In this document: positions 41,245 through 51,134 of the stretch, piece after piece
Position numbering within the stretch: the stretch's first letter is position 1
Layout: the number at the start of each line of letters is the position of its first letter
Assembly: GCA_033762915.1 (NCBI GenBank)
Contig: JANRLD010000084.1
Span: 1 to 64,000, forward strand
Direction: 5' to 3'
DNA length: 64,000 nucleotides
From: Meiothermus sp.
GTDB lineage: Bacteria > Deinococcota > Deinococci > Deinococcales > Thermaceae
Notes under the pieces: model-generated
What the model saw: only the letters and a program-made list of their open reading frames with translations
Told to the model about the DNA's origin: nothing
Databases searched by the model: none
Translations under genes and position numbers: made by a program

Positions 41245-41976
41245 TTAGAGCAGCCGGTCTAGCTGGTGCGGCATCATCTTGCGCCACCAGGGCCAGTCGT
41301 GGTCCACGTCGTGGCCCCAGTAGTCGAAGGTGGCGTATACGCCCTTCTGGTGCAGCACCCGCTGCATCTCGCGAGTGTCGTGGATGCACTCTTCTTCCCA
41401 TCTCCCCTGCCCCACCGCAAAGACGATCTTGTTGCGGCGATAGGCCTCGAGCTTGGCATGGTCGGTCAGGTTGGGCAGGTACCACAGCGGAGAGTTGTAG
41501 TAGGCGTCCATGCCTCCGTGGTCGCCCACGAATCCGCCTACCTGGTAGAGACCGGAAAGTGCGATCAGGCCGTCGAAGGTCTCGGGGTATTTGAAGAAGA
41601 AGTTGGCCGAGTGCAAGGCCCCCATGCTGCACCCGGAGAGCCACATGGTGCGCAGGCCGGTATTCTTACGCACGAAGGAGACCGCCTCGTGCATGATGTA
41701 GGCGTCGTAGTCGTTGTGGCGGCGGGCGCGGTCGGCGGGCGGGATGCCTTTGTTGGTCCAGCTCTGCGAATCAATCCCATCGACGCAAAACAGCTTGATG
41801 CGGCCCGCCTCGAGGTAGCCTGACAGGGCATCGACCATGCCAAAGCCCTCGTAGTCGTAGAACCGTCCGGCCTGTGCAGGGAAGATCATGATTGGCTGAC
41901 CGTAGTGCCCATAAACCTTCAGCTCCATCTCGTGGCCGAGGGCAGGACTATGCCATTTGTGGTATTCGGAGTGCAT
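41245..41976 (-). CDS. Putative esterase (alpha/beta hydrolase fold)
   Basis: YGHYG, GCSMG and HDWPWW motifs. Confidence 0.88.
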   Translation of the reverse strand: MHSEYHKWHSPALGHEMELKVYGHYGQPIMIFPAQAGRFYDYEGFGMVDALSGYLEAGRIKLFCVDGIDSQSWTNKGIPPADRARRHNDYDAYIMHEAVSFVRKNTGLRTMWLSGCSMGALHSANFFFKYPETFDGLIALSGLYQVGGFVGDHGGMDAYYNSPLWYLPNLTDHAKLEAYRRNKIVFAVGQGRWEEECIHDTREMQRVLHQKGVYATFDYWGHDVDHDWPWWRKMMPHQLDRLL

Positions 41977-42105
41977 GTTTTACCTCGTTGAATCTTTATG
42001 ACTGACGGACGACGTGACGGAAGGCTACGGGCGGTTAGCCTTTGGCCTTTGGCCAAGAGCCAATCGCTGATCGCATTCCGCTGTTAGCGGTCTGCCTTCA
42101 ACACG

Positions 42106-43266
42106 TCAGGCCCGTTCCTGTATGGCCTGGGCGGCCTCGAGCAGCTTGTCGAGCTTGGGGTGACGCAGGATGTAGCCGTAGTTACCCAGCGCCGCCGAGA
42201 AGATCGAGTTGATGGGCTCGTGGTGGGCGATGATGGGGCCGAAACGGGTCAGAACGGCCTCGTGGGTGCTGCGGTAGTGGATGTGGCTCTTGCGGCCCAC
42301 GAAGGTGCAGTAGTAGGGGTGGGTGGCCTTCTGACCGACCTCGCCGTAGGTAAGGATGTTGACCCACTCCTTGAAAATGTCGATGTTGTTGGAGTAGTTG
42401 AACATGTCGATTGATAGGCCGCCGGGAGGACGCATGTTGACCTCGAGGGCCACCAGCCCGCCGTCCGCCAGCCTGAAGAACTCGAAGTGGAAAAAGCGTT
42501 CCATGACGTTGAAAGCCTTGACCACTTTGCGCCCGGCCTCGCGCAGGTCGGCGGGGATCTCGCGCACCATGTAGTAGTAGATGTCGGAGTCCTCGTTGAC
42601 CACGTCCATAACGCCCTTGGAATACTCGAGCGAGGAGTCGAAGACCACGTTGCCCTTGATGTCGGTGAGGCCATCGTAGGTGATGATCTGACCCGGAATG
42701 AACTCCTCGACGATGTACTCGACCGGCGGCTTGGTGGCGATGTAGTCGAGCAGTTCCTGGTCGTTGTTGATCTTGAAGGTTTTGGCCGCCCCCACCCCGA
42801 TGTCGGGCTTGGCCACTACCGGGTAGCCCACCTCGTCAATAAAGTTCTGGGTTTCGACAGGGTCACGGCAGACCTTGCCCCGCGCCACCGGCAGCCCGGC
42901 CCGCTTGAAGACCTCTTTCATCACCGACTTGCGCTTAACCCGGTCCATGTCGTGCGGGCGCAGGCCGAAGATATTGAAGTCCTCGCGCAGCATGGCCTCG
43001 GTCTCGAGCCAGTACTCCGACATCGACTCGAGGCGGTGCAGCTTGCCGTACTTGTGGGTGAAGTGGCCCAGACCGCGCAGCAACTCATCGTAGTTGTGCA
43101 TGTCGCCGACCTTGTAGTACTCGGTCAGCGCCTCGCGCAGCTCCGGGCGCAGCTCGTGGTACTCGGCGTCGGCAATGCCCAGCACGTTGTGCCCCGCCTC
43201 ACGCAGCCGTGCGCTGAACGGCCAGAAGTTGGGCGGGAAGTGGGGTGACAGAAAGACCACGTTCAT
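42106..43266 (-). CDS. ATP-grasp domain protein
   Basis: SPHFP, KPDIGVGA, EEFI, FHFEFF and EVNMRPPG motifs; the start could be 43302. Confidence 0.88.
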   Translation of the reverse strand: MNVVFLSPHFPPNFWPFSARLREAGHNVLGIADAEYHELRPELREALTEYYKVGDMHNYDELLRGLGHFTHKYGKLHRLESMSEYWLETEAMLREDFNIFGLRPHDMDRVKRKSVMKEVFKRAGLPVARGKVCRDPVETQNFIDEVGYPVVAKPDIGVGAAKTFKINNDQELLDYIATKPPVEYIVEEFIPGQIITYDGLTDIKGNVVFDSSLEYSKGVMDVVNEDSDIYYYMVREIPADLREAGRKVVKAFNVMERFFHFEFFRLADGGLVALEVNMRPPGGLSIDMFNYSNNIDIFKEWVNILTYGEVGQKATHPYYCTFVGRKSHIHYRSTHEAVLTRFGPIIAHHEPINSIFSAALGNYGYILRHPKLDKLLEAAQAIQERA

Positions 43267-43426
43267 AGGCTCGAGCCCCCTCAGTTTGAAGTTGTCAGGC
43301 ATTATTCTCACTTTTTCACCGCATTTCAATAGGCCAGGGGATGTTTGGGGCTTGGCTCAAGGTCAGAGGGGACACCTACGGCTTCACCAAGTGTCCAAGC
43401 ATTCACGCTACCATCGCGATTCAGCC

Positions 43427-44380
43427 CTACCCTCGCACCTGCGGCCCCATCTCCTCGCTCACCAGGCTCAAGCGCAGCCCGTGGGGCCAGGTGCCGCCCA
43501 GCTGGCCCCAGGCCCACACCATGTCGGGCGGGACAGGGGCGGTGAAGTGGAGGTATTTGCCGGTGCGGGGGTGTTGGAAGCGGAGTTCGTAGGCGTGGAG
43601 GGCTTGGCGCGGGATCAACTCGGAGGGCTTGCCGTACACGTCATCCCCCAGGATGGGGGTCCGGAGGTGCTTGAGGTGGACGCGGATCTGGTGCGTGCGC
43701 CCGGTATGGAGGATTGCGGCCACCAGAGCATGATGCTCGAGTTCGGTCACGATTTCAAAATCGGTCTCGGCGTGGCGGGCCGCGACTCCGCCGACGTGCA
43801 TCCGGGTGCGGTCCACCGGGTGGCGGCCAATCGGGGCGGAAACCAGGCCTTCCTTGGGGCAACCCACGGTTAGGGCCAGGTAGCGCTTGAACACGCTGCG
43901 GCCGGCGAAGCCCTCCGAGAGCCGACGGTGGGCGGCCTCGTGGCGGGCCACCACAATGGCACCGGAGGTGTCTTTGTCCAGACGGTGCACGATACCCGGT
44001 CGTACCAGCTCGGGCCTCTCGGCCTCCTCTGAGACATCGAGACCAAAGCGCCCCAGTATGGCGTTGACCAAAGTGCCGGTAAACACCCCCGGCGCGGGGT
44101 GCGTGATCATCCCGGCGGCCTTGTTGATAACGATCAGGTCCTCGTCCTCGTAGAGCACCTCGAGGGGAATGCTCTCGGCCGTCACCGCAGCAGGCCTGGA
44201 GGGTGGGGGCTCGAGTGTGACCGTCTCCCCCCGCAGCTTGTACGACGATTTAGTGACCGGCCTCCCGTCCAGAAACACCAGCCCTGCCGCGATCCACTCC
44301 TGGGCCTTGGCCCGGCTGGTATTGGCCTCGAAGGCCACGGCCTGGTCTAGGCGGACGCCGGAGGCTTGGAACCTGATCAC
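43427..44380 (-). CDS. RluA/RluD family pseudouridine synthase
   Basis: S4-like RLD; HRLDKDTSG, GRTHQIRVH and QALHA motifs. Confidence 0.93.
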   Translation of the reverse strand: MIRFQASGVRLDQAVAFEANTSRAKAQEWIAAGLVFLDGRPVTKSSYKLRGETVTLEPPPSRPAAVTAESIPLEVLYEDEDLIVINKAAGMITHPAPGVFTGTLVNAILGRFGLDVSEEAERPELVRPGIVHRLDKDTSGAIVVARHEAAHRRLSEGFAGRSVFKRYLALTVGCPKEGLVSAPIGRHPVDRTRMHVGGVAARHAETDFEIVTELEHHALVAAILHTGRTHQIRVHLKHLRTPILGDDVYGKPSELIPRQALHAYELRFQHPRTGKYLHFTAPVPPDMVWAWGQLGGTWPHGLRLSLVSEEMGPQVRG

Positions 44381-44577
44381 TGGGGTAGTTTGCGGCGTGC
44401 GCGGCGGCGAGTCAATAGCGTAGGGTCTAGACCTCGAGGGGTCTGGGTCACCGCCCGTCCACCCACCCCTCGAGCGGTGTTTGCGGCAAATCGCCGAGCC
44501 CTCATCCCCAGCCGTTTGGCCCAAGCGGGTTCCCTCTTCGCTATCCCGCTCCCACCGCACCCTGCTAAACTCTGCCC

Positions 44578-45387
44578 ATGCCCAACAGCACGGTCTGCCT
44601 CACCTTCGACTTCGACGCGCTTTCGGTCTGGTTCAGCTATCCCCACACCACGCCCTCGATGCTCTCGAGGGGCGAGTACGGGGCGCGGGTGGGGGTCCCG
44701 AGGGTCCTCGAGCTGCTGCGGCAATATCACATCAAGGCCACCTTCTTCACACCGGGGCACACTGTGGAGTCCTTCCCGCGGGAGGTGGAGCGCATTCTGG
44801 AGGCCGGTCACGAGGTGGCGCACCACTCCTACGCCCACGTCGACCCCTCAGGCCAGAGCCTCGAGGAAGAGCGGGCCGACATGGAGCGGGCACTGAGGGT
44901 GCTCGAGGGGATCGGGGTCAAGCCGATGGGCTTCCGCTCGCCCTCGGCGGACTTCTCGCAGCACACACTGGGTCTCCTGGAGGAGTTCGGCTTCGTCTAC
45001 GACTCCAGCCTGATGGCCGACGACTTCCGGCCCTATCACCCCCGAGTGGGCGACCAGGTGTCGCAGCAGAGCCCGCTGGTGATGGGTCGCGAGAGCGCGC
45101 TCTGGGAGTTTCCCATGAGCTTCGAATTCGACGACTGGGTACACTTCCAGTTCAACTTCAACCCCTACCGCAACGGCACCAGCGCGCCCAGCAAAGTGCT
45201 AGAAATCTGGACGGAAGACCTGGACTGGATGCACCGCAACGTCGAGGGCGGCATACTGACCGTGGCCATGCACCCCCAGGTGATTGGACGGGGCCACCGG
45301 ATCGCAATGCTCGAGCGCTTCATCCAGCACGGACTGGGGCTGGGCGTGCGGTTCGAGCCGATGCGGGACGTGGCAGGCAGGCTTTAG
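44578..45387 (+). CDS. Polysaccharide deacetylase family protein
   Basis: LTFDFD, EYGARVG, HEVAHHSYAH, GFRSP and MHPQVIGR motifs. Confidence 0.9.
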   Translation: MPNSTVCLTFDFDALSVWFSYPHTTPSMLSRGEYGARVGVPRVLELLRQYHIKATFFTPGHTVESFPREVERILEAGHEVAHHSYAHVDPSGQSLEEERADMERALRVLEGIGVKPMGFRSPSADFSQHTLGLLEEFGFVYDSSLMADDFRPYHPRVGDQVSQQSPLVMGRESALWEFPMSFEFDDWVHFQFNFNPYRNGTSAPSKVLEIWTEDLDWMHRNVEGGILTVAMHPQVIGRGHRIAMLERFIQHGLGLGVRFEPMRDVAGRL

Positions 45388-45440
45388 GTGCTATTTCCGG
45401 CCGCGTGGCTAGGGTGTCTGGAGTGAACGGGTAAAAAGGG

Positions 45441-46082
45441 GTGCATGTGACGCAGCAAGGACATATCGAGGCGCTGGCCGAACGGGTCAAACTCCTTTCG
45501 GTTGCGGAGGGCAGCCACGACTGGTGGCACGTCTGGCGGGTCTGGCGGCTGGCCCGCCGGATCGCGCTCGAAGAGGGGGCTGATCTCTATCTGGTCGAGC
45601 TGGCTGCCCTCTGCCACGACCTCGAGGACTGGAAGTATGCTGACCACCAGCCGGTAATCCGGCCCCTGCTGGAGCGGCTCGAGGTGGCCCCAGAAGTGGT
45701 CGGGCAAGTCCTGGACATTTGCGAGCGGATCAGCTTCAAGGGCGCTGGGGTGCCCGACCGGATGGAGGGCCTCGAGGGCCGGGTAGTGCAGGACGCCGAC
45801 CGCCTCGACGCCCTGGGGGCCATCGGGGTGGCCCGCACCTTTGCCTACGGCGGCTCCAAGAGTCGCCCGCTGCACGACCCCGACGAGCAGATCGAGCTGC
45901 ACGGAAGCTTCGAAGCCTACAAGTCCAAGTCCGGCAGCAGCCTAGCCCACTTCCACGAGAAGCTTTATCTACTCATAGACCGGCTCCACACTCCCGCCGC
46001 ACACCGCATCGCGGAGGCTCGAGACGCCTTTATGCGGGAGTTCGAGCGTAAGTTTTTGCTCGAGTGGAACGGTCAGGACTGA
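45441..46082 (+). CDS. HD domain phosphohydrolase
   Basis: HDWWHVWRV, HD, QDADRLDALGA and HFHEKL motifs. Confidence 0.9.
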   Translation: MHVTQQGHIEALAERVKLLSVAEGSHDWWHVWRVWRLARRIALEEGADLYLVELAALCHDLEDWKYADHQPVIRPLLERLEVAPEVVGQVLDICERISFKGAGVPDRMEGLEGRVVQDADRLDALGAIGVARTFAYGGSKSRPLHDPDEQIELHGSFEAYKSKSGSSLAHFHEKLYLLIDRLHTPAAHRIAEARDAFMREFERKFLLEWNGQD

Positions 46083-46096
46083 ATACTCAGCCCTTG

Positions 46097-46132
46097 TGCT
46101 CGCACCAGTGCTTGCACCAATGCTTGCACCCA
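46097..46132. repeat. 12-bp tandem repeat, three copies
   Basis: TGCTCGCACCAG TGCTTGCACCAA TGCTTGCACCCA. Confidence 0.7.
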
Positions 46133-46217
46133 GTTGGCCGTTTGCAGAGTCCGCCCGACAGGCAAAAACGTCAGTGCAACCAAAATACGGTCGGTTGGGT
46201 TGAGATTCGGTGTGGCC

Positions 46218-46480
46218 TCACGAAACGAGTGGCATAAGCCGGGCCGCCCGCCCGAATGACTCGGCGGGCGGCCAATCCCGTACCGAGGTTAGCCCTGACG
46301 CTCGGCCTTCTGCTGACAGTAATCGGAAATGTGCTCGAGACGGCAGCCTCACCAACTCGTCTTCGGGCAGAAAGTGCCATCCCACGATCGTGAAGACCAG
46401 CCGGCCGTAGTGACCGATGTCCTGCTTTTTCACTAGCGCACCCAGCAGGTGCGCCATCATTGCGTTTTTTCGAAGGACTT
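46218..46480 (-). pseudogene. Truncated remnant of a conserved hypothetical protein
   Basis: LRKNAMMAHLLGAL...DIGHYGRLVF...HFLPEDELV resembles a family I recall; the sequence degenerates afterwards. Confidence 0.45.
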
Positions 46481-46559
46481 CTAGCGCCGCGAACGCCTTT
46501 TTACGTTCATGTCACAAAAAGCCCAAATGTTTTTAGCTTGAGTTGGCCTGGGTTGGCGC

Positions 46560-47129
46560 TCAGAAGTAGGCCCAGCCCGCCAGCCGCACCGCCGAGTAAT
46601 AGGCGAAGGCGGCGGAGTAGCAGGCGCCTCGGCTGAAGAAGCCCAGCCCCGCGCAGATACGGTTCATGTTCACCAGGAAGCTGTCATCGGCGGCCTTGCG
46701 CCCAGTTTCGGTGGCGAGGGTGGGGAAGCTGGGGAAGTTGCGGTAGGCGAAGTCGTGGACGTTGCAGGCCGGGCGGAAGGTCTCCCGGTAGCCCAGACCC
46801 AGACCACTGGGAGCAGAGCACCCGTCGCGCACCCAGTTGAACTGGGGGTAGCTGCTTCGCGCGGTGTAGTAGCTGTTATAGGTAGCTACCGTTCCCAGCC
46901 CGATCACCTGCACCAGCTGGAGGTTGCTCAGCGCCAGCGACTCGATTCCGGCCCTGGCCGCCTCGACGTTTTGCAAGGCCTGCTCGTAGGCCGCAATGGC
47001 CTCGCGCTCTACGCCTAGCTGGCGCATTTCCTCGAGAATTTGCGCCCCGCTGGGCTCGGTCTGAACTGCCTGCGGAGCTTGGCTACATGCCACCAGCAGC
47101 AACATCCCCAACAACCATACCCTAAGCAT
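46560..47129 (-). CDS. Lipoprotein prokaryotic phospholipase A2
   Basis: Lipobox LLVAC; DGCSAP and ACNVHDFAYRN (His-Asp) motifs. Confidence 0.85.
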   Translation of the reverse strand: MLRVWLLGMLLLVACSQAPQAVQTEPSGAQILEEMRQLGVEREAIAAYEQALQNVEAARAGIESLALSNLQLVQVIGLGTVATYNSYYTARSSYPQFNWVRDGCSAPSGLGLGYRETFRPACNVHDFAYRNFPSFPTLATETGRKAADDSFLVNMNRICAGLGFFSRGACYSAAFAYYSAVRLAGWAYF

Positions 47130-47260
47130 AGTTTAGCCTCCCGACAACCCCCTGCTGTGTTGTGATCACAGTATCGGGCATTCGGGACAATAATCCAACA
47201 CCCGGTGGTTCGTGCGGCGCATGACCTACAGCGGGCCGACCCTTTGGTAAGCTTTGGGCC

Positions 47261-47521
47261 ATGAAACTTCTGCTGTGGAGCCAGCTCGAGGCCGGCATCC
47301 CGCTGAGCGAGTTGCCCGGCTTCCACCGCGCCTTCCTCAACCTCCACCGGCCCGAGCTGGGGGCCGACGGGCTCCCGCTGCGTAGGGTGCAGCAGTATGT
47401 CACCCAAACCCTATACACGCTGGTCAAGGAAGGCCGGGCCTCCCGCGAGGGCGAGGACTTTCGGGTGGGCCTCGAGCTGATCCCGCCGCCCTACCAGTCT
47501 GTGCTGGACAACGACGCATGA
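47261..47521 (+). CDS. Hypothetical protein
   Basis: Overlaps the mutY start (ATGA); TAAGCT 7 nt before the ATG. Confidence 0.75.
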   Translation: MKLLLWSQLEAGIPLSELPGFHRAFLNLHRPELGADGLPLRRVQQYVTQTLYTLVKEGRASREGEDFRVGLELIPPPYQSVLDNDA

Positions 47522-48462
47522 GGCCGGACGAGCTGCGCGGGGCGCTCCTGGGCTGGTACCGCGCTCATGCGCGCGACCTGCCCTGGCGCGGCGACGCCAA
47601 CCCCTACCGGGTTCTGCTCTCGGAAGTGTTGTTACAGCAAACTCGAGTAGACCAGGCCATCCCCTACTATCACCGCTTCCTCCAGAACTTTCCGACCCTC
47701 GAGGCCCTCGGCCGGGCCGACCTAGAGTCGGTCCTGAAGGTCTGGCAGGGCGTGGGGTACTACGCCAGAGCCAGGAACCTGCACAAGCTAGCGCAGACCA
47801 CCCCAGAGCTGCCCCACACCTACGCCGAACTCCTGCGTTTGCCTGGAATTGGCCCCTACACTGCGGCGGCGGTCGCGTCCATTGTCTTCGGGGAGAGTGT
47901 AGCGGCGGTAGACGGCAATGTGCGGCGGGTCGTGGCCCGGCTCGAGGCAAAGTCCAACCCCACGCCCAGCGAGGTCCAGAGTAAGGCCGACCAACTGCTT
48001 GCCCCAGACGCACCGGGCGACTGGAATCAGGCCATGATGGAGCTTGGGGCCACCGTCTGTGTGCCCAAACGTCCCCGCTGTCCGGACTGCCCGATTAACG
48101 CCTGGTGCCAGGGCAAGGCCCAGCCCCACCTCTTTCCTTCGCCGAAGGCGCGCAAGCAGACCTCGGTAGAGGCGGTGGCGCTGGTGCTGGTCGGGGAGGG
48201 CGGGGTACACCTCGAGCCGCGCGTTGGCTCGGTGCTGGGCGGGCTGTGGGGAGTGCCGATGGAAGAGGGCGAGGGAGCTTTGGAGCGGCTGCAGGCCCGC
48301 TTCGGGGTGGAAGCCCGCTACCTAGGAGAGATCCTTCACGCCTTTACCCACCGCAGGCTGAGGGTCCGGGTCTACCAAGCCCCCTGGGCAGCGGCGGAAA
48401 TACCCGCCGAACGCCCGCTCTCGAGGCTCGATCAGAAAATTCTGGCTCTGGCGCTCCCTTAG
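47518..48462 (+). CDS. mutY: A/G-specific adenine glycosylase
   Basis: RDLPWR, SEVLLQQT, LPGIGPYTA, VDGNV and the Cx6Cx2Cx5C FeS motif. Confidence 0.95.
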   Translation: MRPDELRGALLGWYRAHARDLPWRGDANPYRVLLSEVLLQQTRVDQAIPYYHRFLQNFPTLEALGRADLESVLKVWQGVGYYARARNLHKLAQTTPELPHTYAELLRLPGIGPYTAAAVASIVFGESVAAVDGNVRRVVARLEAKSNPTPSEVQSKADQLLAPDAPGDWNQAMMELGATVCVPKRPRCPDCPINAWCQGKAQPHLFPSPKARKQTSVEAVALVLVGEGGVHLEPRVGSVLGGLWGVPMEEGEGALERLQARFGVEARYLGEILHAFTHRRLRVRVYQAPWAAAEIPAERPLSRLDQKILALALP

Positions 48463-48633
48463 CGGAGCTCCTTTGACCTGCACCCAGACCTGCTTCTAGC
48501 TGCTCGCCGGCCTCGAGGATGAACTACCGACTCTTGCTCTGGGCCTTGGTCGGCCAGACTTCGGATGGGTTGCTTTTCGGGCTCCGCAAAGTCATTTGCC
48601 GCAACAGCAGGTGAAAGTCTGAACCGACTCTGT

Positions 48634-49626
48634 TCAGAGGATGCTCTTAAGCCCGTCCAGGCTGATTTTTCCCCCGCAGATCACCGCCACGGCCTGCTGT
48701 GCGGGGTAGCGCCCGGCGGCCTTCGTTAGCGCAGCCAGCGCCACCCCAGCGGCCCCCTCGAGAAGCATAAACTCGCTGCCGATGAACCGGCGCATGGCCT
48801 CTCTGATCTCCTGCTCGCTCACCGTTACCCACTCGTCTACCAGGCTGCGGCAGAGGTCGAAGGTGATTGCGCCGGGCTCGAGGCCCCCCGCACTCCCGTC
48901 GGAGAGGGTGGTTAACGCGTCGATTTGGACAATTCGACCCGCCCCGACAGAGGCCATCATCACTGCGTCGTTCTCGGGCTGACATCCGATGACCCGGACC
49001 CTGGGGCTCACCGACTTCAGAAAGGCGGCAACCCCCGAGATCAGCCCCCCGCCCCCGACGGTCACAAACACGTTGAGCGGTGGTTGTTGGGATGGGACAC
49101 CCGCCTCTTGGGCCATGACCAGCTGCCCCGCGATTTCGACCCCCACCGTCCCTTGTCCCGCCACCACCTCGAGGTCGTTGTAGGGCGAGATGTAAACCAT
49201 GCCATTTTGCACGGCGTAGGCTCGAGCGAACAGCTCGGTATCATCGCCGCTCACCCCGTGCTTGCGCACCTCGACCCCGTAGCGGCGGATGTAGTCGAGC
49301 TTGGCCTCGGCGGCGTTTTCCGGCGCAAAAACCAGCCCCCGCGAGCCCAACCGACCCAGCCCCCACGCCACCCCGGCCCCGTGGTTGCCGCTGCTGGCCG
49401 TCACCACGCCCGCCGCCAACTGCCCCGGACTCAGCGAGAGCAGCTTGTTCATGGCCCCTCTGGCCTTGAACGAGCCGGTGTGCTGAAGGTTCTCGAGCTT
49501 GAGCCAGACCTCCATGCCGGTTAGCTGGCTGAAGGCCAGGGAGTGCTCGAGGGGAGTCTGGCGAACGTGGGGCTTGAGGCGCTCGGCCGCGGCAAGGATA
49601 GCGTCGGGCAGGTTTGACGGGCTCAT
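48634..49626 (-). CDS. Threonine/serine dehydratase family PLP enzyme
   Basis: ENLQHTGSFKARG, SSGNHG and VGGGGL motifs. Confidence 0.92.
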   Translation of the reverse strand: MSPSNLPDAILAAAERLKPHVRQTPLEHSLAFSQLTGMEVWLKLENLQHTGSFKARGAMNKLLSLSPGQLAAGVVTASSGNHGAGVAWGLGRLGSRGLVFAPENAAEAKLDYIRRYGVEVRKHGVSGDDTELFARAYAVQNGMVYISPYNDLEVVAGQGTVGVEIAGQLVMAQEAGVPSQQPPLNVFVTVGGGGLISGVAAFLKSVSPRVRVIGCQPENDAVMMASVGAGRIVQIDALTTLSDGSAGGLEPGAITFDLCRSLVDEWVTVSEQEIREAMRRFIGSEFMLLEGAAGVALAALTKAAGRYPAQQAVAVICGGKISLDGLKSIL

Positions 49627-49639
49627 GATCTCCTAGAGA

Positions 49640-49667
49640 GGATACCCCGGCTGCAGCCGGGGTATCC
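49640..49667. terminator. 28-bp perfect palindrome between gabT and the dehydratase gene
   Basis: GGATACCCCGGCTGCAGCCGGGGTATCC. Confidence 0.5.
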
Positions 49668-49770
49668 CTAGACATGTAGAACTTCGCGCAACGGCACAGC
49701 ATTGGGGCCAGCTACCATTCAAGGTCGCACGTCCCACGGGTACTGCCCCTAACTGCCTCGAGCTAGGCTC

Positions 49771-51123
49771 TTAGGCCCCGACTGTCATGCCCTTGTAGGT
49801 CGTCCGGATTGCCCCGGCCACCACCCCTAGCGCCTCACGCAGCATGTCTTCGGGAATGTCCAGGGCGGGCAGGAAGCGGATGCAGTTGGTATAGAGCCCG
49901 GCGCGGATCAGGATCACGCCTTGTGCGGTGGCCAGTTTGATGGCCTCGAGGACGAACTCCGGCCAAGGCTCTTTGGTTTCGCGGTCTTTAACAAACTCGA
50001 TGGCCATCATCGCCCCGATGCCGCGCACGTCGCCCAGGATCGGCAGTTCCGCCTTCAAGGGCTCGAAGACCTCGCGCACCACCCGCTCGACGGTTTTTGC
50101 TTTGTCCAGGAAGCCAGGAGACTGGAGAATTTTCAGCGACTCCAGCGCCGCCATATTGGCCAGCGGGTTGCCGCCGTAGGTGCTGCCCTGCCCACCCACG
50201 TGGGGGCTGTCCATGATATCGGCCCGCCCCGTAACAGCGCTGATCGGCATCCCGCCGCCCAGGCTCTTGGCGGTAACCACCAGGTCGGGGATCACCCCGC
50301 TGTGCTCGATGGCGTACATCTTACCGGTGCGGCCCGAGCCGCTTTGAATCTCGTCGGCGATCATCACCGCGCCGGTAGCGTCGCAGACCTCGCGAATCTT
50401 GCGCAAGAACTTGTGCGGCACGGGGATAAAGCCGCCCTCGCCGATCACCGGCTCAATCACGATTGCGGCCAGCGCGGAGGGGTCGATGTGTGCGACCAGG
50501 GCGTTCTCGAGGTTCCAGCAGCACCACTCGAGGTAATCCTCGGGGCTCATGCCCTTGGGAGTGCGGTAGAGGTTGGGCATTGGCAGTCGGTAGACCTCCG
50601 GCGCGAATGGCCCAAAACCCTTCTTGAACAGGCTGTACTTGCTGGTCATGGCCATGGTGAGGTTGGAGCGCCCGTGGTAGGCCCCCTCGAAGACGATGAT
50701 CCCGTCGCGCCCGGTGAAGCGGCGGGCGAACTTGACCGCATTCTCCACGCTCTCCGCACCGCCCGAGGCCAGGAAGCTCTTCTTGGGGAAGGTTCCGGGC
50801 GTGAGTCGGTTGAGCATCTCGCACACCTCCACGTAGCTCTCGTGGTTGGTCACGATAGAGCAGATGTGGATCAGGTCGTCGGCCTGGGACTTTATGGCGT
50901 CCACCACGGTCTGGGGGGTGTGCCCAACGGCCAGTACCCCGATCCCGCCCGCGAGGTCGATGAAGGTGTTGCCGTCAACGTCTTCGACCAGCGAGCCGTG
51001 GGCCTTGCGGGCGGCGATGGGGGCGGCCTGGCCCAGCGCGGCGGTCACGGCAGCGGCGCGGCGGGCCTGAAGGGCCTGGCTCACGGGACCTGGGATGGCA
51101 GTCTTGAGTTGGATGTAGGGCAT
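49771..51123 (-). CDS. gabT: 4-aminobutyrate aminotransferase family
   Basis: DLAGGIGV, GAESVENAVK, EPVIGEGG, ADEIQSG and AKSLGGG motifs. Confidence 0.88.
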   Translation of the reverse strand: MPYIQLKTAIPGPVSQALQARRAAAVTAALGQAAPIAARKAHGSLVEDVDGNTFIDLAGGIGVLAVGHTPQTVVDAIKSQADDLIHICSIVTNHESYVEVCEMLNRLTPGTFPKKSFLASGGAESVENAVKFARRFTGRDGIIVFEGAYHGRSNLTMAMTSKYSLFKKGFGPFAPEVYRLPMPNLYRTPKGMSPEDYLEWCCWNLENALVAHIDPSALAAIVIEPVIGEGGFIPVPHKFLRKIREVCDATGAVMIADEIQSGSGRTGKMYAIEHSGVIPDLVVTAKSLGGGMPISAVTGRADIMDSPHVGGQGSTYGGNPLANMAALESLKILQSPGFLDKAKTVERVVREVFEPLKAELPILGDVRGIGAMMAIEFVKDRETKEPWPEFVLEAIKLATAQGVILIRAGLYTNCIRFLPALDIPEDMLREALGVVAGAIRTTYKGMTVGA

Positions 51124-51134
51124 ACCGCTCCTTT

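Noticed and set aside
42030..42080. Short heptamer-like intergenic repeats (GCCTTTG)
   Set aside because: Too short and degenerate to interpret
47159..47175. GATACTGTG(T)ATCACAA similarity between the padR and PLA2 upstream regions
   Set aside because: Requires an indel, overlaps probable -10 boxes and has only two instances; likely chance
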